Assembly: GCA_041678045.1 (NCBI GenBank)
Contig: JBAYOV010000009.1
Coordinates: forward strand, 3,579-67,578
Reading direction: 5' to 3'
Length of the DNA stretch: 64,000 nucleotides
DNA from: Rhodocyclaceae bacterium
GTDB lineage: Bacteria > Pseudomonadota > Gammaproteobacteria > Burkholderiales > Rhodocyclaceae
Both the position numbers and the translations under genes were made by a program. The notes beneath the pieces were generated by a model. The model was not told the origin of the DNA. It did not search any database and saw only the letters and a program-made list of their open reading frames with translations. Positions 40,042 through 48,905 of this stretch are shown here, piece after piece. The first letter of the stretch is position 1; each line of letters begins with the position of its first letter.

Positions 40042-42121
40042 TCGCGCTGCCCTCCACTTCGACCAGACAATCATGAAAGGTTGCCCCGCCCCCCATGTCG
40101 GACAGGGCATCGGACGTCACCGCATTGGCATTCTCGCCGTCGCCCGAGTGCTTGCGCCACCAGATCGACGGGCACACCACCACCCCGGGGCGGCAGCGCT
40201 CGGTAATGCAGGCGGTAGCGTGAAAAGCCCCTCGATCATTGAAGATGCGCACCCGCATGCCGTCGCTCAAGCCGCGCGAACGGGCATCGTCAGGATGGAT
40301 TTCCAGCCTCGGCGCCCCCTCCTGCTCCAGAAAGCGCGGCAGGTTGGCAAAGCTGGTGTTCAGGAAATTGCGGGCGGGCGGCGAGATGAAGGCCAGCGGA
40401 AAACGCCGTGCCAACTCAGGCTGACGATGGGGCGACTCATGCGGCGGCACCCAGGCCGGCAAGGGGTCCAGCCCCTGATCGGCCAGCCACTGGCTGTGGA
40501 ATTCGCACTTGCCGGACGGCGTGGGGAAGCCGCCGTTGGCAAAAGGCTTGAGCGGGCGGGGCAGATTGAGCCGCGCCCAGCCACGTTCGGCAAGCGTTCC
40601 GGCATCCACGCCCAGCGCCCGCAGATCGCGGCGGCGCAAGGCCTGCGCACCGATGGCCTCGTCGGACGCCTGGAAAGCCGCCTCTGCAAAGCCCATGCGC
40701 TGCGCCAGCCGGCGGAACACTTCGCTGTTCGGCAATGCCTCGGCGAGCGGGGCAATCGCCGGTGTGTTCTGCACCATGTACAGATGACCGTAGCTCTTGT
40801 GCACATCGAAGTGCTCAAGCTGGCTGGTGGCGGGCAACAGAATGTCGGCGTAGTCGGCCGTATCGGTCTGGAACAGGTCGTGCACCACGCAGAACAGGTC
40901 CTCGCGCATGAAGCCCTCGCGCACCCGCCGCCCATTCGGGGCCACCGCGACCGGATTGGCGTTGTACACATGCACGGCACGGATCGGCGGGTTGGCGGTG
41001 CTCAGCAGGGCCTCGCCAATCCGCGACATGTTGATGCTGCGTGGCGGGCGACCCTCCACCTGCGGATACAGGTCGGGCCGCTCCAGCGCCTCGGCATCCA
41101 CCGGAAAATACCCCGAGGTCGAGAGCAGCGCCCCACCGGCCGCATCGCGCCAGGCGCCGGTCAGTGCGGGCAAACAGGCAATGTTGCGCACCGCCATGCC
41201 ACCGCCGTGACAACGGTTGAGACCGTAGTTGAGCCGGATCACCGAAGGCCGGGTACGGCCATACTCGATGGCCAGCGCGCGGATCACCCCGGCAGGCACT
41301 CCGGTGAGCGGCGCGGCCCACTCGGGCGTGCACAGGCACACCCGCCCGGCCAGCGCCTCGAAACCGAGGGTATGGCGGGCAATGTAGTCGTGATCGAGCA
41401 GATCCTCGGCAATCAGCACCTGCATCATGGCCAGTGCCAGGGCGCTGTCGGTGCCGGGCATGGGCGCAATGTGCTGGTCGCACTTTTCCGCCGTCTGGCT
41501 GCGCCACGGATCGATGCACACCAGCCGCGCGCCGCTGCGGCGTGCAGCCTGCATGTAGCGCCAGCCATGCAGGTTGGTCACCACCGGATTGCCGCCCCAG
41601 ATGAGAATCAGGCGCGCCTCCGCGAGCGCCTCCGGATCGGTTCCCATGGAGGCCCCCACCGTGGCCCGCCAGCCCGCGCTACCGGCCGATGCGCAGATCG
41701 TCTGTTCCAGCCGGGAAGCCCCCAGCCGGTTGAAAAAACGCTGATCCAGGCTGGCCCCCTGCACAAAGCCCAGGGTGCCGCCATAGTGGTAGGGCAGGAT
41801 CGCACGCGGATCGTCCGCCGCAATCCGCGCATACTGCTGCGCAATGGTGTCCAGCGCCTCATCCCAGCCGATCCGCTCGAAACGTCCCTCGCCCTTGCGG
41901 CCGACGCGCTTCATCGGATGGCGCAGACGCTGCTCCGAATACACCCGCTCAAGATAGTGTGCCACCTTGGTGCACAACACTCCGGCGGTGAAGGGATGAT
42001 CCTGTGCGCCACGCACCTTCACTGCCCGGCCATCGGCCACGGTGATTTCCATGGCACAGGTGTCCGGGCAGTCGTGCGGGCAAGCCGCCCGCACCGTGAT
42101 GTGCTCGGGCGGCGGCTTCAT
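40022..42121 (-). CDS. Cytoplasmic molybdopterin (bis-MGD) oxidoreductase of unknown substrate
   Basis: 699 aa. N-terminal Fe-S motif CPHDCPDTC...LCTK, MopB catalytic core, and a C-terminal MGD-binding barrel. No twin-arginine signal. Confidence 0.9.
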   Translation of the reverse strand: MKPPPEHITVRAACPHDCPDTCAMEITVADGRAVKVRGAQDHPFTAGVLCTKVAHYLERVYSEQRLRHPMKRVGRKGEGRFERIGWDEALDTIAQQYARIAADDPRAILPYHYGGTLGFVQGASLDQRFFNRLGASRLEQTICASAGSAGWRATVGASMGTDPEALAEARLILIWGGNPVVTNLHGWRYMQAARRSGARLVCIDPWRSQTAEKCDQHIAPMPGTDSALALAMMQVLIAEDLLDHDYIARHTLGFEALAGRVCLCTPEWAAPLTGVPAGVIRALAIEYGRTRPSVIRLNYGLNRCHGGGMAVRNIACLPALTGAWRDAAGGALLSTSGYFPVDAEALERPDLYPQVEGRPPRSINMSRIGEALLSTANPPIRAVHVYNANPVAVAPNGRRVREGFMREDLFCVVHDLFQTDTADYADILLPATSQLEHFDVHKSYGHLYMVQNTPAIAPLAEALPNSEVFRRLAQRMGFAEAAFQASDEAIGAQALRRRDLRALGVDAGTLAERGWARLNLPRPLKPFANGGFPTPSGKCEFHSQWLADQGLDPLPAWVPPHESPHRQPELARRFPLAFISPPARNFLNTSFANLPRFLEQEGAPRLEIHPDDARSRGLSDGMRVRIFNDRGAFHATACITERCRPGVVVCPSIWWRKHSGDGENANAVTSDALSDMGGGATFHDCLVEVEGSANGCQGT

Positions 42122-42768
42122 CAGCGCACCGAGAAGCCGGACGCCAGCAACTCGGCGTAGCGCCTGCGGTCAGCGGCAAAACGTTCGCGCACGGCGCGCT
42201 TTTCGATTTCCTTGCTCTCCAGCACCCGGCGATAGCTCGCCATCTCGGACTCAATGGAAGCAAACGCGTTTTCCAGTTCGCGCGGCAGTTGCCTGCCCTC
42301 GTAGAACTCGGCCTCCTTCCTGAGCACCGCCCGCTCACCGATCAACTCGCGCTCGCGCTCAAGAATCTCCGGCACCCCTCGGTCGATTTCTGCCAGTGCG
42401 CGCAGTTCAGCCTCGTCTATCGCCTCCAGCGACGGGTAGGTTTCGAACAAGGCTTCATCCAGACGGCGCTGCACCAGGCGACGCGCCTCTTCCTCACGCT
42501 CCAGACGCTCGGCCTCGGCACGGCGTTCGAGTTCTTCCCTGGTGAGCGGCGCCGACACATGCCGGCGCACCGTGCCCTGAGGCGATATCTCGCGATAGGC
42601 CCTGCCGAAGCAGGCTGCCGGCAGCACATCGCCACACACCGGCCGGCCAGCGTCATTCTCACAGCAGAAAATCGTCTGGCCTCCGGACGAAGACTGCGCA
42701 CTGCCCATCACTGGCAGCAGCAGCGTCAGCGCCAGAGCGCCCATGCTAAGCGTTTTCAGCGGTCCCAT
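42121..42768 (-). CDS. DUF4124-domain secreted coiled-coil protein
   Basis: Signal peptide [26 protein letters not shown], a Cys-containing DUF4124-like head ([16 protein letters not shown]), and a charged coiled-coil tail. Stop shares one nt with the next ATG (TGATG). Confidence 0.75.
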   Translation of the reverse strand: MGPLKTLSMGALALTLLLPVMGSAQSSSGGQTIFCCENDAGRPVCGDVLPAACFGRAYREISPQGTVRRHVSAPLTREELERRAEAERLEREEEARRLVQRRLDEALFETYPSLEAIDEAELRALAEIDRGVPEILERERELIGERAVLRKEAEFYEGRQLPRELENAFASIESEMASYRRVLESKEIEKRAVRERFAADRRRYAELLASGFSVR

Positions 42769-43393
42769 ATGTGTCCCGATAGGCTTGTACGGCATCCAGG
42801 TTGGCGACCAGTTCGGGGCTGTCCGACAGAAAACCGATGAGATCGCTCAATGTCGCCACGGCCACCACCGGAATACCGAAGGTTTCGCGCACTTCCTGCA
42901 CGGCAGACAAGGCCCCCGTGCCCCGCTCCATCCGGTCGAGCGCAATCACCACGCCCGCCGGCTCGGCGCCCTGCGCCCTGATGATGTTGACCGATTCACG
43001 CACGGAAGTGCCCGCCGAAATCACATCGTCCAGAATCAGCACCCGCCCCGCCATCGGCGCACCGATCAGGGTGCCGCCCTCGCCATGGTCCTTCGCTTCC
43101 TTGCGGTTGAAACTGAACGGCACATTACGCCCGCGCTCGGCCAGACACATCGCCACGCCCGCCACCAGCGGAATGCCCTTGTACGCCGGGCCAAACAGCA
43201 TGTCATACTCAAGACCGCTGTTCAAGATTGCTTCGGCATAGAATCCGCACAGCGCGCGGAACGACTCACCATCATCGAACAGGCCGGCATTGAAGAAATA
43301 CGGAGACTGGCGCCCCGCCTTGGTGGTGAAGGCGCCAAAGCGGAGTACCCCCTTGCGGCAGGCCAGATCAATGAAATCGCGGCTGAAAGTCAT
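42746..43393 (-). CDS. pyrE: Orotate phosphoribosyltransferase
   Basis: [21 protein letters not shown] and PRPP motif [13 protein letters not shown]. Confidence 0.97.
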   Translation of the reverse strand: MTFSRDFIDLACRKGVLRFGAFTTKAGRQSPYFFNAGLFDDGESFRALCGFYAEAILNSGLEYDMLFGPAYKGIPLVAGVAMCLAERGRNVPFSFNRKEAKDHGEGGTLIGAPMAGRVLILDDVISAGTSVRESVNIIRAQGAEPAGVVIALDRMERGTGALSAVQEVRETFGIPVVAVATLSDLIGFLSDSPELVANLDAVQAYRDTYGTAENA

Positions 43394-43487
43394 GCGTTCT
43401 TCCTGAGTGACAATACATTCACCCTCACGTCACGCCAATTTGCGGCTATAGTCGCCAGCCTGTTGCAACACAAGGGATTGAGCTGGA

Positions 43488-44270
43488 ATGTTACGCGTCA
43501 TCACCGCCAACCTCAACGGCATTCGTTCGGCCTCGCGCAAGGGTTTTTTCGACTGGCTTGGACAACAGGACGCCGATTTTGTCTGTCTTCAGGAGCTCAA
43601 GGCACAGGCGGCTGACATGAGCCCCGGGATGCTTGCCCCTCCCGGCTATTCCGGCCATTTTCATTACGCCGAGAAAAAAGGGTATAGCGGCGTCGGCATT
43701 TACACGCGTCACGCCCCGGATGAAGTCATTGTCGGGCTGGATGTGGCGGAATTCGATGCCGAAGGTCGTTATATCGAAGTGGTGTGCGGCAATCTGTCGA
43801 TCATTTCGGTTTATCTGCCTTCCGGTTCCAGCGGTGAGGTACGGCAGGAAGCCAAATTCCGTTTCATGGAGCATTTCTACACCCACCTGGCCGAACTCGC
43901 GCAACGCGGCCGCGAAGTGGTCCTGTGCGGCGACTGGAACATCGCCCACAAGGAAATCGACCTGAAAAACTGGAAATCCAACCAGAAGAACTCCGGCTTT
44001 TTGCCCGAGGAACGCGCCTGGCTGAGCCGGGTCATCGACGAACTGGGCTGGGTGGACGTGTATCGCCGCCTGCACCCGGACGCCACCGACGCCTGCTACA
44101 CCTGGTGGTCCAACCGTGGCCAGGCCTGGGCGAAGAATGTCGGCTGGCGTCTGGACTACCAACTCGCCACCCCCGGCATCGCCGACCGTGCCCGGCACGC
44201 CTCGGTGTACAAGGAAACGCGCTTCAGCGACCACGCACCGCTGACCATCGATTACGACAACAGTATCTGA
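43488..44270 (+). CDS. xthA: Exodeoxyribonuclease III
   Basis: MLRVITANLNGIRSA..., CLQELK, and SDHAPLTIDY, all ExoIII/AP-endonuclease signatures. Confidence 0.95.
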   Translation: MLRVITANLNGIRSASRKGFFDWLGQQDADFVCLQELKAQAADMSPGMLAPPGYSGHFHYAEKKGYSGVGIYTRHAPDEVIVGLDVAEFDAEGRYIEVVCGNLSIISVYLPSGSSGEVRQEAKFRFMEHFYTHLAELAQRGREVVLCGDWNIAHKEIDLKNWKSNQKNSGFLPEERAWLSRVIDELGWVDVYRRLHPDATDACYTWWSNRGQAWAKNVGWRLDYQLATPGIADRARHASVYKETRFSDHAPLTIDYDNSI

Positions 44271-44300
44271 GCGCCCCGTACCCGTCACGCACTCGGAACC

Positions 44301-45452
44301 TCAGTAATCAATGATCTCGCTCCACGCCGAAATCGTCGCCGGCCGTGCTGTCTCAATAGGCAGCGGCAAGGTACCGAAATCGTCGTATTGCACGTAATTG
44401 AAGACGCCGTTTCGCCGGATGCGCCCCTTGGCCACAATGGAACCGCCAAGCACTGAACTGCCATTCTGGACCAACTCTCCGTCGGTCCAGAACACACCGT
44501 AGGTGGTATTCCTACCGTTCACCGTGATGTCACCCTTGGCAATGATTGCCACGGTCAACGTCGTTCCGTGCTCGCCCCCCAGTTGAGAGGCTCCGCCATG
44601 CGTGACATTGCCGTCGACCAGGATCGTGACATTGCTGAACTCACCGCTGGTGGTCAGGTCGCCACTGCAGTAATACACCGCTCCGCCGAGATCGCCGGAC
44701 GGAATGGTGCAGGAGTTGATGACGCCTGCCCCGCCCTTGTTGGCGTCGATATAGTCCGAAGCGCTTGGCACTTCAACAACACCGGCATCGCCGACCACCT
44801 GCCCCTCGTCTCCTCCGCGCACATCAGCATTGCCCGAGGCCGTCACCGAAGTACGTCTGCTCAGGCTATTGTTGCCCCCGGTGACGCTTACATTCCCATT
44901 CGAATGCACATTGCCGTCGAAATTTGCATTCCCCCGGATATCGATCAGGTCGTCCGAGAACAGCCCCATCCCGAAGGCCGAATGCCCCCCTGAGCCTATC
45001 GGCGCATCGAATCGCAGCAGCACCACGGTTTCAGCCAGTTCTGCGCTACCGTCCGGAGTGCGGGCTTGCCCCCTGACGCGCACCGTCACACGCTCGTCGG
45101 TCCAGCTCACCTCTGTCGGGTCGACCCAGTAATAACCGTACGCCCCCACATTGTTGGCTGCGCCGGCCGTCGTCGGAATCGGGTTGTTACGCCACTCATC
45201 CTTCCAGTTGTCGCGCTGGCCCCAGTCCGACGGGCTCTGAGCCCGGTTCTGCAGCCAGTCCCAGAACGCCGCCCCACCCGCTTCGGCCGCCATGTGTGAA
45301 ATCGCCTTGTTGTTGACACTGGCGGTCAGGTTTTCCTGCAGGCTGCTGCCACGCATCGAGGACATCGCCACAATGGAGGCGACCAGCATCAGAATCAGGC
45401 CAATGATCAGCACTGCGCCCGATTGCCGCGATGCCCCGTTGCTCCGTCTCAT
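44301..45452 (-). CDS. pilX: PilX-N family type IV pilus minor component with a large Gly/Asn-rich beta-helix-like C-terminal domain
   Basis: The N-terminus MRRSNGASRQSGAVLIIGLILMLVASIVAMSSMRGSSLQENL is the PilX_N pattern with no G/F cleavage site. An AAGGAG RBS lies 8 nt upstream. About 220 C-terminal residues are repetitive G/N/V/T-rich strands. Confidence 0.8.
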   Translation of the reverse strand: MRRSNGASRQSGAVLIIGLILMLVASIVAMSSMRGSSLQENLTASVNNKAISHMAAEAGGAAFWDWLQNRAQSPSDWGQRDNWKDEWRNNPIPTTAGAANNVGAYGYYWVDPTEVSWTDERVTVRVRGQARTPDGSAELAETVVLLRFDAPIGSGGHSAFGMGLFSDDLIDIRGNANFDGNVHSNGNVSVTGGNNSLSRRTSVTASGNADVRGGDEGQVVGDAGVVEVPSASDYIDANKGGAGVINSCTIPSGDLGGAVYYCSGDLTTSGEFSNVTILVDGNVTHGGASQLGGEHGTTLTVAIIAKGDITVNGRNTTYGVFWTDGELVQNGSSVLGGSIVAKGRIRRNGVFNYVQYDDFGTLPLPIETARPATISAWSEIIDY

Positions 45453-45469
45453 CCCGTTTCTCCTTGCAC

Positions 45470-46435
45470 TCAGTCGGCCTGCGCCGGATAACAGGCTGTC
45501 GTAAAGGTACACGGACTGTTGCCTTTACATACAGATCCCTCGGCGGCCGCCTCGCTACAGCACCCGGCATAGCCTGCCGGGGTGGAGGTAAAACCCCTGT
45601 CACGCCTTCCTGTGCACGACACGCTTACAGGCAGCCGCACAGCGGGCCCGGATGGACCGTCCCCTGGCTCATCTGACAAAGGCGGCTCTGTATCTGTGTC
45701 CGTGTCATCATCCTCCGGCGTGCCATCTCCCGGCGCCGGGCTGCTGGTGTCACCTTCGCTCCCGGTGTCTTCGTCACCGGGTTCAGGCTCCACCGGAACA
45801 CCCGGCCCCCCAGCCGTATTCAGGGCCAGCGCCTTGCTCCTGAGCGTCGCGACAAACCTCAGCGTTCGGCTGGTGTCATTTTGCGCCTCATTCAATTCCA
45901 GACGCGTGCGCACGCTGCGCACCTCGCTCCATTCACTTTCGGTCCAGCCGCCCACATCGGCGGCGCCAAAGTACTCTCCGGAAGCAATCAGACCGTCATC
46001 GTTTGCATCGCGCCCATACTCGAAGACGAGGCTGCCGACCGCGCGGAACAGCACATGCTCGACCCCCTCCACATCGCGGCACAGCAGGCCGCCATTGTCG
46101 ATGTAGAAAGTGTTGGTGCCCGCTTGCGCATTGCCCGGACCGCCACAGTCGGGCGTATCGGGGCGGCGGCGCACCTGAATGACCAGGGTGCTGCCATCGC
46201 TGCCGGATTCGACCCCACCGGCCTGACGCACCATGCGGGTGATGGTGTGTGCGCCAAAGCGCAGATGTTCCTGACTGCGGTCCAGCGCCTGCTTGGCCGT
46301 GGAGGTGGCCTGATTGGACAGGAAAACGGACATGATGCCCCCCATCAGGAACAGGCCCAGCACCATCCCCAGCATCAACTCCACCAGCGTGAAGCCCCGG
46401 CCGTACCGTGCGTCAGGGCCTGCCTGCCACCTCAT
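45470..46435 (-). CDS. pilW: Type IV pilus minor pilin PilW with acidic/Pro-rich linker and Cys-rich C-terminal module
   Basis: Prepilin leader MRWQAGPDARYGRG / FTLVELMLGMVLGLFLMGG. ATG overlaps the pilV stop (ATGA). The last 113 aa are unusual. Confidence 0.85.
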   Translation of the reverse strand: MRWQAGPDARYGRGFTLVELMLGMVLGLFLMGGIMSVFLSNQATSTAKQALDRSQEHLRFGAHTITRMVRQAGGVESGSDGSTLVIQVRRRPDTPDCGGPGNAQAGTNTFYIDNGGLLCRDVEGVEHVLFRAVGSLVFEYGRDANDDGLIASGEYFGAADVGGWTESEWSEVRSVRTRLELNEAQNDTSRTLRFVATLRSKALALNTAGGPGVPVEPEPGDEDTGSEGDTSSPAPGDGTPEDDDTDTDTEPPLSDEPGDGPSGPAVRLPVSVSCTGRRDRGFTSTPAGYAGCCSEAAAEGSVCKGNSPCTFTTACYPAQAD

Positions 46436-46953
46436 GCCACGCCTCCCGCCCCTGCAGGACATTCGGCCGGTCTGGGGACCACCAGTTCATACACGAACTG
46501 CTCGGCCAGTGCCGCCTGCTGCTGCCCCTCGCCACGCCCGTGCTGCCCGACGCGCTCATCCATCCAGCGGATGTCGATGGTGAGCGTGCCCGCGTTGTAG
46601 GCCAGCGCGGGGTTCCAGTCGGGCAGGCGACCGTCGTTCGACCAATCCGCCTGCCAGTCGTCAAAAATCTGCGTGCGGCGGGCGCTGTCCCCCAGCACAC
46701 AGGCCCCTGCCCACAGCCGCTCGGCCAGGTCATTGGCCTGCACCACGGCCACGCTGCGCTGGTAGCTGGCAAACGAGAACTGCAGGGATTTAGCCTGCAT
46801 TCCGGCCACCCCCAGCAAACCGATGCTCATCACTGCCATGGTGACCAACACCTCGATCATGGAGAAACCCCGCAACGGCTGCTGGCCCCGCAAAGACTTT
46901 TGCACAAGCCCCGGCACCCGAGGCATTCCGCGACTGTTGCTGCCCTGCTGCAT
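46432..46953 (-). CDS. pilV: Type IV pilus minor pilin PilV
   Basis: ...QPLRG / FSMIEVLVTMAVMSIGLLGVAGMQ is the class III signal plus the PilV N-terminal pattern. Start chosen at MQQGSN after a GGGAGG RBS. Confidence 0.85.
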   Translation of the reverse strand: MQQGSNSRGMPRVPGLVQKSLRGQQPLRGFSMIEVLVTMAVMSIGLLGVAGMQAKSLQFSFASYQRSVAVVQANDLAERLWAGACVLGDSARRTQIFDDWQADWSNDGRLPDWNPALAYNAGTLTIDIRWMDERVGQHGRGEGQQQAALAEQFVYELVVPRPAECPAGAGGVA

Positions 46954-46974
46954 GTGCTCCGCCTCCCGATTCAC

Positions 46975-47514
46975 TCAAACATCACAGGCATCACTTGCTT
47001 CACCTTCCCTGACCACTTCGCTCCGGCCGCTCATCTGCACGCACACCTGGCGCAAACCGGCACGACCGGCGCGCACCTCGAACACAGCAGACGAAATGGC
47101 CGTTCCAACTTCGCTGAACCCCAGCCCTTCGGGGCCGGACAGCGTCACCGCTCCGCCCAGGGGATTGACCACACGCAACACCTCGTCCGCGTCCAGTGCG
47201 TCGTTGCGGTTGCGATCGATCCACACGATCCAGCCCCCCTCCCAGGCCGTCCCGCCGGTACAGGCGGCCGCATCGCTGCTTGGACAGAGGCGCACCGCAC
47301 GCGCGTGCTTGACCGCCTCGCCACGCGCCAGCTGGGCACTGAACAGCATTTCATTGGCCGCTATCGCAGCCCGGTTGTTCTGGATCAGGCGGACGAAGCT
47401 GGGCACCGCCAAACTGAGCAGGATGGACGCCACAGAAAGCGCGACCATCAACTCGATCATCGAAAAACCGCGACCGAGGGTCCGCTGCATGTGCCGCATA
47501 CTCTCCACACTCAT
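46975..47514 (-). CDS. fimT: GspH/FimT-family minor pilin
   Basis: ...TLGRG / FSMIELMVALSVASILLSLAVPSF then NRAAIAANEMLFSAQLARGEA. Possible shorter start at 47490 (MQRTLGRG). Confidence 0.85.
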   Translation of the reverse strand: MSVESMRHMQRTLGRGFSMIELMVALSVASILLSLAVPSFVRLIQNNRAAIAANEMLFSAQLARGEAVKHARAVRLCPSSDAAACTGGTAWEGGWIVWIDRNRNDALDADEVLRVVNPLGGAVTLSGPEGLGFSEVGTAISSAVFEVRAGRAGLRQVCVQMSGRSEVVREGEASDACDV

Positions 47515-47884
47515 TTTCCCGGTTACGCTCGCTTTGTACTTTTCTTTTGTTTTTCACACATTTGCGCTTATGTCGATGATTTCATACGCCGCCAATGCAG
47601 TGTGAATATTTGCAGCTGTCCGTGAATTACGTCACACATTTCCGTCATCGGAAATCAGGGTCACCCCGATTGCCTGACGGACACGCTCCGGCCCACCGTG
47701 CCGTCCTGTCCGCGCAAAAATGCTTGAATACCCGCATGTCGAAAGCTGCGGGTTTGCAGTAGGATTCCGGGAACGTGCCCTCGTTTTCCTTTCCCCGCTG
47801 CGGTCGTGACGCCGGTTGTTTTTTCACTGGCGCACCTCCGGGAGCGGTTTTCGCGTGCCTGCCAGCCTGCCCACATACCGCTCG

Positions 47885-48904
47885 ATGAACCCTGCCCCAC
47901 TCCGCCCCCGCACACTGTCCAGAAGGCAGTTCCTGCACGCCTCGCTGGCATGTGCCGGCACGGCGGCGCTTGGGCTGGGTGGATGCACTCCGCAGCCTCC
48001 GCCACTGCGCATCGGAACAAACCTGTGGCTGGGTTACGAGTTCATGTTCCTCGCGCGCGACCAGCACATGCTGGATACGGCGCGGGTGCGGCTGGTCGAA
48101 TTGCTGTCGGCCAGCGACTGCCTGCAGGCCCTGTCGGCCGGCACCCTCGAAGGGGCGGGGCTGACCCTGGACGAGGTGCTGTCGGCACGCGCCGAAGGGT
48201 TGGACCTGCAGGTGGTGATGGTGTTCAACACCTCCGACGGAGCCGACCGGGTGCTGGCACGACGCGAGATCAGCGGACCGCGCGATCTGATCGGGCGCAG
48301 GGTGGGCGTGGAACAGAGCGCGGTCGGCGCACTGATGCTGGCCGCCATGCTCAACGAACACGGCATGCACAAGCGCGACATCGAGGTGGTGCGGCTGACC
48401 TCGGACGAGCATTACCGGGCCTTTGCCGACGACGCGCTCGATGCGGTGATCACCTTCGAACCACACGCCACACGCCTGCTGCGCGACGGGGCCCATGTGA
48501 TTTTCGACAGCCGCATGCTGCCCGGCATGGTGCTGGATGTGCTGGCGGTGACCCGCGCAAGCCTGCAGGCGCGGCAACAGGACATCTGCCATCTGGTGGA
48601 CGCGCACTATGCGGGGCTGGCACGCTACCATGCCGACCCGCTGGGCACCGCACAGCTCCTGTCGCTGCGGCAGGGGCTGACACCGGGCGAGCTGATGGAC
48701 AGCCTGACCGGCATGCAACTGCTCGACCGCGAGGACAATCGCCAGCTGTTTTCCGGCGACGCACGTCCCCTGCGCGACACCGCTCTGGCCCTCCACCGGA
48801 TCATGATGGACAACGGACTGCTGGGCAGCGGACAGCACACCGACGCCCAGGCGCTGCTCCAGGGGCTGTTCGATGCGCGCTGCCTGACCGGCACGGGAGG
48901 CTGA
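47885..48904 (+). CDS. Orphan NMT1/THI5-like (NitT/TauT family) periplasmic solute-binding lipoprotein with Tat signal
   Basis: MNPAPLRPRTLSRRQFLHASLACAGTAALGLGGC has a twin-Arg motif plus an LGGC lipobox. The mature part starts LRIGTNLWLGYEFMFLA. No permease or ATPase genes are nearby. Confidence 0.85.
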   Translation: MNPAPLRPRTLSRRQFLHASLACAGTAALGLGGCTPQPPPLRIGTNLWLGYEFMFLARDQHMLDTARVRLVELLSASDCLQALSAGTLEGAGLTLDEVLSARAEGLDLQVVMVFNTSDGADRVLARREISGPRDLIGRRVGVEQSAVGALMLAAMLNEHGMHKRDIEVVRLTSDEHYRAFADDALDAVITFEPHATRLLRDGAHVIFDSRMLPGMVLDVLAVTRASLQARQQDICHLVDAHYAGLARYHADPLGTAQLLSLRQGLTPGELMDSLTGMQLLDREDNRQLFSGDARPLRDTALALHRIMMDNGLLGSGQHTDAQALLQGLFDARCLTGTGG

Positions 48905-48905
48905 C

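Noticed and set aside
39908-42160. 750-aa plus-strand ORF over the sirtuin and Mo-oxidoreductase genes
   Set aside because: It is antisense to genes with clear catalytic motifs, and its product is Arg/Gly/His/Pro/Ala low complexity. The same reasoning applies to 12665-14320(+), 22145-23737(-), 57932-59563(+), 48801-49976(-) and similar track entries.
47690-47884. TPP (THI-box) riboswitch upstream of the NMT1/THI5-like binding protein
   Set aside because: No CTGAGA...ACCTGATCTGGATAATGCCAGCG-like core is present. Only a short hairpin (CCCGCA...TGCGGG) was seen.
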